Shown here piece after piece: positions 1 through 9,563 of a DNA stretch of 32,000 bases. Both the position numbers and the translations under genes were made by a program. Below the pieces are notes generated by a model. The model did no database searches. It was given only the letters and a program-made list of their open reading frames with translations, and was not told the origin of the DNA. Origin of the DNA: Candidatus Thorarchaeota archaeon (lineage in GTDB: Archaea > Asgardarchaeota > Thorarchaeia > Thorarchaeales > Thorarchaeaceae); assembly GCA_008080745.1 (NCBI GenBank), contig SHMX01000001.1, forward strand, positions 540,001 through 572,000. The letters are read 5' to 3'. How positions within the stretch are numbered: position 1 is the stretch's first letter; each line of letters opens with the position of its first letter.

Positions 1-43
1 TCTTCAGATTCAGGTCTAAAATATTGGATAGGTGAAGATCGTC

Positions 44-103
44 ATGGGTAGAGAAATTTTCGGCCCTGAATGTCTGCCTTACAGACAAGAGAAACAGATG
101 TAA
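44..103 (+). repeat. Dispersed repeat copy 1, containing 19-aa micro-ORF MGREIFGPECLPYRQEKQM*
   Basis: 47/60 nt identical to 9743..9802. Partial copies at 8705..8728 and 396..431. GGTGA (SD-like) at 31-35 upstream of the ATG. Confidence 0.7.
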
Positions 104-111
104 TGTTTAAC

Positions 112-144
112 AGGGAGCCCATGCTCCCTCACTCTTTCTTTTTT
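112..144 (+). terminator. Hairpin (AGGGAGC-ccat-GCTCCCT) + TCTTTCTTTTTT tract
   Basis: Perfect 7-bp stem at 112-129, then a 12-mer at 133-144 that recurs at three other gene ends. Confidence 0.65.
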
Positions 145-187
145 CAATTCCAATAACACTAAGTAGAGAGGGACAGATAGAAGTAAT

Positions 188-376
188 ATGGCCAAAATAT
201 CGGTAGACTTGGAGAAATTAGACGTACGATACGACCACGAGAACGATGTGGTCTATGTTAGTTTTGGCCCTCCTCAGGAGGCAGACGACTCGGAGATGCT
301 TCCGAACGGTATTGTCGTACGGTACAAGGATGGAAAGCCGATTGGACTCACGGTCGTTGGGACAAAAGAACCCTGA
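188..376 (+). CDS. DUF2283 family protein (62 aa)
   Basis: Typical DUF2283 pattern 'VRYDHENDVVYVSF...DSEMLPNGIVVRY...KPIGLTV'. Confidence 0.8.
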   Translation: MAKISVDLEKLDVRYDHENDVVYVSFGPPQEADDSEMLPNGIVVRYKDGKPIGLTVVGTKEP

Positions 377-395
377 TTACAACCCAATCAGTATA

Positions 396-431
396 ATCGT
401 CTGGAAACGTGAAATCTTCAGACCTGAGTAA
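396..431 (+). repeat. Degenerate copy of the dispersed repeat (IVWKREIFRPE*)
   Basis: ATCGTC...CGT GAA ATC TTC AGA CCT GAG aligns without gaps to copy 1 ATCGTC...AGA GAA ATT TTC GGC CCT GAA. Upstream GTATAATC is shared with the 8705 copy. Confidence 0.5.
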
Positions 432-588
432 ATATTGGAAATGGATGTAAATACAATCATAGTGAGATCAGGCTCCCTCGTTTTTACGAATTGCAACATA
501 TAACACTAATCCAATAATCAACAATCAGTGAATTTGTGCAACATACTGTTAAGTATCGCCGAATGAATCAGTGACTTGAGGCACTGTA

Positions 589-3500
589 ATGAACTCTAGT
601 TGTTCCAAGTATAGTCTTCTATTAGCCGTAGGTATCCTTATGATTCTACCAACAATCTCAACGAATTCCAATACTTTATCGTTGACAACTGATACTTTCG
701 CAAATCCAGCTCGTAATACAATGACTGCTAGCGGAGCACAGTGGCTAGATGGGTTCCCATTCAGAAAAAGTCACATTATTGCTGGATCTTCAGGGGCGGG
801 AGCTAATTATCAAGTTCAGATCGAGATTCATAGTGGAACTGGTATAGATGCGAAAAATCTTGTATACCTACCCTCAGCATATTGGACTGCGGGGGACCCA
901 ATCAGATTTACTGATGATGATGGAGAGACCTTGCTTGATTACTGGTTGGAAACAAGTGAAGCTGAGTCCGCAACCTATTGGGTCGAGATAAAAGATAACT
1001 TGGACGAAAATGTTGAGATATACTTGTACTATGGAAACCCGTCTGCAGGTAGTCTGAGCAATGGAACAGCTACATTTCTATTCTTTGATGACTTCGAGAA
1101 CGGTAATCTGGATCGATGGGATTCAGCAGATTCTGCATGGGGGTGTGTTACCAGTGAGAAGAAGTATGGGTCGTATTCAGGGTATTTTGACCAGACCGCA
1201 TCAGGAAGAATAGATGCAAACCTATCTACATCACAGACAGGTGTCATGATTCATACGTGGTACAGAACGGAGGCACTCAGAGGGGGATCAATACGATTCT
1301 ATGGATCGGAGAATGGCGATACGGAAGCAGCTCGTGTGTACGAACAGAGATGGACCCATTATAACGGTACAAACTACATAGACTATGGTTCTAGAAATAA
1401 AGCAAATAACGAAGACTGGGAGCTGTGTGAAGTGGGAATAAATTTGGATGAGGGGGTAATGATGTTATGGTCCAATAGTACCTTCATTGGAGAAACAACT
1501 GAAATTAAGAATATCACAGGAACCAGTCTCTCAGCATCTGAAGAAATATACAGGATTCGAGTGGATGGACAGACAAATTACCAAGTTTGGCTGGATAACT
1601 ACTATGTTCGCAAATGGATTTCTGAAGAACCACAACACGGAGACTGGAAAGATGGTGCAAATTGGTTAGATGACTTCCCCTATCGAAAGAAACACATGAT
1701 AAATGGAGTGTCAGGAGCTGGGACAAATTACCAGATAAAAATCCGGATTCATAGTGGCACAGGGACCGATACAGGAGATCTTGTGAATATCGACAGTGAC
1801 AAATGGAGTACATCAGACCCAATCAGATTTACAGGAAAAGATGGAGTTACGCTTCTAGATTGCTGGAAAGAATCGAGTAGTGGGAGTTATGCAACATACT
1901 GGGTAGAAATACAGGACAGCTTGGATAACGATATAGCAATCTATGTATATTATGGGAATAATTCAGTCTCAGCCCTAAGTAATGGTTCAGCTACATTTCT
2001 ATCATGGGATGATTTTGATGAGGATTATACAACAGGGGATGCTCCGAAATCAAGAAGAGGGTGGTTTTTGAAAAATAAGGGAACTGGAGATGATGCAGAG
2101 ACCGCCACAGCCCCAGTAGGAGGGTCTGGAGATGCACTCAAATATTACAATGATGGGACAGGAGATCTTCTAAAGATAGGAAATTCATGGGGAACAAATT
2201 ATGATGAGGTTGCAGTTCGTTTCGACTTCTACTATGATACCCAGAGTTATGGTTGGTTATTTGAATTTCTAGCGGGGGTTGGACAATACAATGGATGGAT
2301 CAAATCAGATACAAGCGACTCCTATCAGGTTAGATATGACAACATGAACTTTGTAACGCCAAGCCTAACACTTAGTGCAGATACATGGTATTCCTTTGAG
2401 TTCTATCTGGAGTATAATACAGTCTCATTCAAGGAGAGCTCAACAACCTATTCAGCAGGATACGCAAACACAGCCAACCAAGGAACTGAGAGATTCGAAT
2501 GGGGAACAACTTCTACCAGTGGCCAAGATCTATTCTATTTTGATAATTTCTATGTAAGAAAATATGTCTCTTCTGGAGAACCAACACACGGAGATTGGGG
2601 GGCCGAAGAAAGGAAGGAGGGGCCAGAGAAAGCAGATGGTGCACCGTGGTTAGAGGGTTGGCCATTTAGGAGATATCATAGAATTAATGGCTCAACCGGA
2701 GCAGGAACAGGGTACCAAGTTGAGATTGTGATAAATAGTGGTACAGGAACAGATTCTGGTAATTTACTGAACATACCTAGCTCGGAATGGGTTCCATCAC
2801 TTCCAGTTCGATTCACAGATAATGATGGAACAACACTACTCAATTATTGGAAGGCTTCTGAGAACGATAACAATGCAACATATTGGGTAAAGATTGATGA
2901 CAATCTCGACTACGATACATTGATCTACATATACTATGGAAATTCTTCAAAAGAGAGTCTGAGTAACGGAACTGCAACATTCCTCTTCTTTGATGATTTT
3001 GAGAATGGCAACCTCGATAGGTGGGACTCTGTTGGAGGTAGCTGGGAATGTATCACCAATGAAGTAAAACATGGTAGATTTTCCGCATCCTTTGATCAAA
3101 CTCTGGGAGGATCAATTTCTGCAAATCTATCCTCATTCACAGGGGGGATTATGGTACATTCATGGTACAGAGCTGAGACATACAGAGGTGGGGATTATGT
3201 AGCACAAGCTATCGACTCAGGAGAGCTAAGTGCGGTGAGAGCTCACGAACACCACTGGCGATACTGGGATGGTACTTCGTATGTTGACTATGGATCTGAA
3301 AATGGAGTGACCGCATTGAACTGGGATCGGATCGAAGTAGGTATTGACTTGGCAAGTTATTCGATGAGACTATGGGTGAATGGAACATATATTGGGAGTG
3401 CATCCGAGATCAACAATCTTTCGGGAGAGAATGCATCAATTACAGATATGCTCTATGGACTTCGAATTGCGGGACAGACTAACTATCAACATTGGATGGA

Positions 3501-6500
3501 TGATGTATTTGTTAGAAAATATATCGTTAATGAACCTCATCATGATGATTGGTTAGATGAAGAATCACCAAGTATTGATAGTCCAAGTGATATTGAATAC
3601 AATGAGGGAGATAGTGGGTATGATATCACGTGGAGTCCTAGCGACAGCCATCCAGCAAAATATACAGTATTCAAGAATGAAACAGAAATTCAATCCGGAA
3701 TATGGAATTTGACAACTACATCGATTGCTACCGATGTAGATTCTCTTTCGTGTGGAATCTATAACTTCACCATTCAGGTAATGGATGCAGGAGAAAATAC
3801 GATAAGCGATACAGTATATGTAACCGTGAATGATATCACCGACCCGACCATAGATAATCCAGGAGATATCACATATGATGAGGGAGATACCGGATACTCA
3901 ATTACATGGGATCCATCAGATACCAATCCGTCATCATACGAGATATTTCGAAATGAAAGTAGCATTCGATCTGGTTTGTGGAATACATCAATTGAAACAA
4001 TCTCAATAGATGTCGATGGACTGACATTTGGAACATACAATTTCACTCTAAGTGTAGCAGATATTGCAGGTAACACTGCAACAGACACTGTGTGGGTCAC
4101 CGTAGAAGACGGTCTAAGCCCATCAGTAAGCAATCCTGATGATATCGAATATGGTGAATTCAGTGTAGGGTACAACATTTCATGGGACCCAGAAGACGTA
4201 AATCCAAGTAGTTTTGAAGTATTCAAAAATGGTGTATCAATTGCATCTGGGTCATGGAATGACACCGAAGAAATCATCCAAATAACAGTGGATAATCTCA
4301 CGATAGGAACGTACAACTTCACTCTAATCGTATTTGATATCAGTGGAAAAAATGCAACAGATACTGTGTGGGTCACAGTTATTGATGGAACATCGCCTAC
4401 GCTTGATTCACCAAATAACATCAGCTATCCCGAAGGAGATATTGGAAATAGCATCGAATGGGATCCCGAGGATCAACACCCATACAATTATACAGTTTAT
4501 AGAAACGGTACAGTGATTGCAACAGGATTATGGAATTCAACAAATGAGGTTGTCAATATTTCCATAGACTACTTAGAACAGGGCATATACAATTTCACCA
4601 TTCAAGTAACAGATATCGGAAGCAATACAGCAATCGATCTTGTATGGGTAACAGTTGATGATGAATCACCACCGAGTCTGAATAGTCCCTCAAACAGGTC
4701 AATAGAAGGAGGAGCAGATGATGAGTACGTTTCATGGAATCCAACAGATCTACACCCAACACAATATGAAGTATATATGAACATCACACTGGTATCGTCG
4801 GGAACATGGAACAGTACATCACCAATTCAAGTAGAGATTAATACGACTCTGTTGGGAGTCTTTAACTACACCATCATTGTGTTTGATATTGGACAAAACA
4901 ACAATACCGATACTGTATGGATTACGATAGAGGATACAACAGTTCCAGATATCAACATCCCACCAGCTACCCAATACGAGTCAAATAGTACGGGAAATTC
5001 AATCACATGGATAGCTTCTGACTTGTACCCAGTCTCCTTTGAGTTGTATGTTAACAACGCACTAACAAACTCAAGTATCTGGAATGGTGGAAATATTCAG
5101 ATCAACATTGACGAGCTAGCATTGGGAATCCATAACCATACCCTTGTTGTCTATGATGAAGGGGGTAATAACGCAAGCACAACCGTGTGGGTGACAGTGG
5201 TCGATACTACCGCTCCAACTATTACGCATCCCGAGGATATCGACTACTTCGAAGGGAATACAACAGTACTGCTGAATTGGACTCCAAGTGATGTGAATCC
5301 TGCTCAGTATGAGATCTATAGAAATAATTCACTTATTCAGTCAGGACAATGGAATCAAACAGATGAGATTATCTCCATCAATGTGGGAGGTCTCACCTTA
5401 GGTGTATACAATCTGACCATTGTATGTTATGACGAAGGAGCAAATTATGTTCAAGACATGGTGTATGTATCCGTAGATGACAATACACCACCCATCATCG
5501 ATGAACCATCCGATATTGTTATGGACGAGGGCGATACTGGCAATGATATCCAATGGGATCCAACAGATCTGCATCCCATATCGTATACCATCACTCGTAA
5601 CGGGACAGAAGTAAGGAGCGGGGCATGGAATGATACTGCCGAGACAATCAGTATTTCACTCAATGGTCTGTCATATGGTCAGTATGTATTCATACTAAAT
5701 GTATCAGATATCGGAGGCAATACTGCAACTGACACCGTTCTCGTTAGCATACTTGATGGAACAGCTCCTGAGATTACAAATCCTGATGATATTGAATATG
5801 AGTCAGGTTCTGTCGGGAATCTCATATCATGGTCAGCTACTGATCTACACCCTACAGCATTCTACATCTTTCAGGACACCATACTTGTCAATACATCTCA
5901 ATGGGATGGTTCAGATGTTGAAATCAATGTGGATGGGCTCTCACTTGGAAGTCATAATTATACGATTGTATTCTCAGATATTGGAGGGAATAATGCAAGT
6001 GCCACTGTTTGGGTAACAGTGGTGGATACTACCAATCCAACAGTATCACATCCAGAGGATATTGTATACAGTGAGGGGAATCAGAGTGTATACTTGAATT
6101 GGTCATTATATGACCTCAACCCTCAGAACTACACCATATACAAAAATGGAACACCAATTCAATCAGACTCGTGGATGGCCAGTGACTTGGAGATAGGAGT
6201 GCAAGTGGGTGATCTTGATTATGGTTTGTACAATTTCACCATAATAGCCTTTGACCAAGCCGAATTGAATTCTATAGACATGGTATGGATTACTGTCATT
6301 GATACAACATCGCCAATACTTGATGCTCCAGAGGATATCTACTATGCGGAGGGGGCCACTGGAAATAGTGTTGAATGGAATCCCGATGACCTTCATCCTC
6401 TTTCATATCAATCATATCTCGATAACAGTCCATATGTTGGAGGAACTTGGAACTCTACAACCGAGAATATCAGCATAGATATTGACGGACTCACTCTTGG

Positions 6501-8694
6501 GACATACAATCTGACGTTGGTCATTGTTGATATCGATGGCAATATCGCTTCCGACCAAGTGGATATCTACGTATTCGACAATGAGAATCCATCGGTGGTT
6601 CCAGTGGATGATTTTGTTATGCCTGAAGGCAGTCAGGATTTTGATGTCCAATGGACGCTTCTTGATTTAAATCCAAAGAATTATTCCGTTCTGCTCAATG
6701 GTACAGAATATCAATCAGGCATTTGGAATGAGAGTGCTGAAACAGTTAATATTGGTCTAGATGAATTCAGTATAGGAAACTATAATCTCAGTATTCTAGT
6801 CTTTGATCAAGATGAAAATTCAGCGGTTGATATGGTCATATTTTCAGTCTTCGATGGAACTGCACCAGTAATTCAAGAGCAAGAAGATATGGAGATTGAA
6901 GATGGATCAATTGGCAACTACATTTCTTGGCAACCTTCAGATTTACATCCATTTAGCTATACCATATACATGAACTCAAGCAAATTGATAGAAGGAAGCT
7001 GGAACTCAAGTTCTGATATAATACAAATCCACCTTGATGGCTACCCACTTGGTACATACAACATGACAGTGATTGTACTCGATGTAGGAAACAACAAAGC
7101 ATCTGATGAGGTATGGATATTCGTTGTTGATACCACAAATCCGGTGGCTGGCACTTCTAATCAAGGCTCAAGTATTCAATTCGAGATGAGTAGCACTGGA
7201 AACGTAGTTTCTTGGTCACCAAGTGATCATAATCCTGGAGTGTTTCAAATTCTCGTTAACCAGTCTGTGGTCAAAGAAGGGCTTTGGAATACAACTGGTG
7301 AAACAATTAGTTTTAGTATGGACGAATGGGATCTAGGTCTCTATAATATAACCCTGAAAATAATCGATACTAGTGGAAATAGCGACTCAAGTCAAATACT
7401 GGTAACGATATATGATGGGGTTAGTCCCACGATAAATCAACCAATAGATGTGAGTTTTACATTCGGGAGCAGGGGCTATAGTATTACTTGGACACCTCAT
7501 GATCAAAAACCAGGATATTATTGGATACTAAGAAACGGTACCGAAATTGCTTCTGAGGAATGGCTAGGATCTTCAATAACAGTATCCTTTGATGGACTTG
7601 ATTTAGGAGTATGGAACTACACAATTGTCGTAGAAGATACCTCATCCAATAGAGTCAAAGACACTGTATTTGTTACTGTCTTGTCTTCAAATACATCTAC
7701 TGAAACAGCCACCACAACCACGAGTCTGCAACCCAACCCACTTGATGATGCGGGAGTGATTATGGCAATTGTAGGATCAACATCGTCGATAGGAATAGTT
7801 GGAATAATACTAGGCATCTATATTATTCGGAGAAGACAAAAGAGTAGAGAACTTATTTCCACAGAGAAAAAAGTATCTTCACTTGGCGCAGATGCAATTG
7901 TACAGGTGATGCGAGGAGGAGAATTTGTAGGGAATCGATTCCGTTTTAAAGTGAAAATTCTGAACAAATCACCTCTTGTGATAACTGACATTTCTGTGAC
8001 ACTAGTATCATATCCAAGAGACTCGTTGGTTCTTGAAGGGGAAACAAGCAAGATCATTCCCAAATTGGACCCAGAAGGATTTAGGAGCCCTAGTTTTGAC
8101 CTTCTGCCTACCCAGGACTGTGTTAAGGGTGACCTCATAGCTAGTGTGACCTATGTGGACTCCCGAGGAAGAGCTCATTCAATCATGTCTGAGCCTTTCA
8201 CTATTCGAGCAGTTTGTGACCTATTGAGTCCAGAGGTTATTTCTGTTGAAGAATATATGCTCAAGCTAGCAACCCTAGGTCATGGTGAGATGGCACTAAA
8301 AGTAGAGGATTGGACACCCGAGCAGATGCATGAAAAAACTCTGCAAATTCTTAGAAACTCCAACTTCTTTGAAGTGGATAGTAAGATTGAGCATACTCGA
8401 GCCTATATTGAGTCGAGGATTAAGGGGTGGGCAAAGGGCATCTATACAGGCAAGAATCTAGGAGTAGAGATTGTTATCACTGGTCGAGCGGGTATCAAAG
8501 GCGCAACTTGTAAGGTCACTATGTCCGGAGAAGACAATGCAATGATCATGCCTGCAATCGATGAGATTACAAAGAAACTAGGGGCTTGGCTCTGTCCTAA
8601 ATGTGGAGCTGCATTGCCTTTCGATTCTGTAGAGGTGTTGAAGAAAGGAAAAAGTGTGGCATGCCCATTCTGTGGAGTGACAATGGATAGATAA
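589..8694 (+). CDS. Giant single-pass cell-surface glycoprotein (2701 aa): signal peptide, 3x DUF2341 + ConA/LamG-like units, 15 Ig-like repeats, S/T linker, TM, cytoplasmic adaptin-ear-like domain + Zn ribbon
   Basis: Long uninterrupted ORF. Hydrophobic N-terminus. DUF2341 motif 'IRFTD.DG.TLL.YW.E...ATYWV.I...IY.YYGN' occurs three times. Many N-x-S/T sequons. TM at 7756-7827 followed by RRRQK. CPKC...CPFC at the C-terminus. Confidence 0.95.
   Translation: [2701 protein letters not shown]
742..3558 (+). repeat. Three tandem ~300-aa DUF2341/lectin-like units (starting ~742, 1663, 2647)
   Basis: Each unit starts 'WL(D/E)xxP(F/Y)R..H.I.G..GAG..YQ' and ends 'D..(Y/F)VRK(W/Y)...EP.H.DW'. Confidence 0.85.
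3559..7686 (+). repeat. 15 tandem ~90-92-aa Ig/FN3-like coding repeats
   Basis: Consensus 'P.I..P.DI.Y.EG..G..I.W.P.D.(H/N)P..Y....NG......W......I.I..D.L..G.YN.T..V.D..GN...D.V.VTV.D', counted 15 times in the translation. Confidence 0.9.
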
Positions 8695-8704
8695 ATGTAT
8701 AATC

Positions 8705-8743
8705 ATGGGGCGCGAAATTTTTGGGCCTAGGTACAGTCCGTAA
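8705..8743 (+). repeat. Partial copy of the dispersed repeat (MGREIFGPRYSP*)
   Basis: The first 8 codons encode the same peptide as copy 1; all 5 nucleotide differences are synonymous. Confidence 0.6.
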
Positions 8744-8799
8744 CCGTCTGTAACGCCCACAACCCCTTTACTGCTATGAGAGTCAGGTGTAATTCAATG

Positions 8800-9390
8800 C
8801 TACAGGACTGCCCCACAGTTCTTGCAGGTCGAGGCAATCCCAGGATTGGCATAGGTACAGTAGGGGCACTCCCGGATGTTCCCCACCTGCTCGAATGACC
8901 GTAGAGAGGACCAATCTTGTCCCTTGATATGGATAACCATATCGGAGGTAGGATCATAGATGCTGATAGTGTAGACTGGTTGATTATTTTTTGTGTAGGC
9001 AACATGACTCTCAATGAACTGGCCAATAGGGCGTCCTGAAAAATGACTCAGTGGTATCTCTTTGAGGATCTTCCCAGCTCTGGTTTCAAGTATTCGCTCT
9101 GTAGTGAGATAGTACCGAGTCTGTCTGGTCCTTATAACATATATGACCAAGAGAGCGATTATAGCTATGAAGGAGACCAGAACAGCCTGTGACAAAACAA
9201 AGCCATACCCAAAGTCTTCTTCAAAAGTGAAGAACAGAATCGGGCCAGTTATGATTATTCCAGCACCGCAACAAATGGCCCAGAAACTAAACCCAGCACG
9301 TCGGGTCCAGACAACCTCTTCGCCCCCAAGTAGTCCTTCCCGATGGGGATCGAATCTATCAGCAGATGAATAAGATCTGAACTCACTCAT
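8800..9390 (-). CDS. Membrane protein: 2 TM + bacterial PH-like domain + C-terminal double Zn ribbon
   Basis: Two hydrophobic segments. 'RYYLTTERILETRAG' is typical of bPH-type domains. CPYC...CKNC at the C-terminus. Confidence 0.75.
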   Translation of the reverse strand: MSEFRSYSSADRFDPHREGLLGGEEVVWTRRAGFSFWAICCGAGIIITGPILFFTFEEDFGYGFVLSQAVLVSFIAIIALLVIYVIRTRQTRYYLTTERILETRAGKILKEIPLSHFSGRPIGQFIESHVAYTKNNQPVYTISIYDPTSDMVIHIKGQDWSSLRSFEQVGNIRECPYCTYANPGIASTCKNCGAVL

Positions 9391-9563
9391 GATGGTCTAC
9401 CAGAGAGAATCATAGTAAATCCCCAAGATATTTCTTTTGCACAATGGGACTAACACATAATAGAGGGACTCGCAGGCCGATGGCATCATTATAATGAAGA
9501 GTCTCACAAGTCGTGTTGTCAAGATTCATCAAGGAGTGGATGCATTTACTCAGGTGTACAATA

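Noticed and set aside
71-87. TGTCTG-cctta-CAGACA hairpin as evidence that the repeat is a structured RNA
   Set aside because: The stem is broken in copy 2 (TGCCTA/TCGACA) without compensation, while the peptide is kept.
492-545. TGCAACATA direct repeats as an IS607 end
   Set aside because: They resemble TGCAACAG but lack the TGTCCA sub-terminal motifs. They might be promoter elements, but this is unsupported.
3774-4421. 215-aa minus-strand ORF and similar antisense ORFs within 589..8694
   Set aside because: Shadows of the repetitive coding strand.
8710-8717. TTTCGCGC (E2F-like site) on the minus strand
   Set aside because: A single 8-mer, absent from the other repeat copies; chance match.
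8705-8760. Minus-strand reading (GPKIS.PM) of the repeat
   Set aside because: That frame has a stop and no start in copy 1, and the AGA/CGC change is synonymous only on the plus strand.
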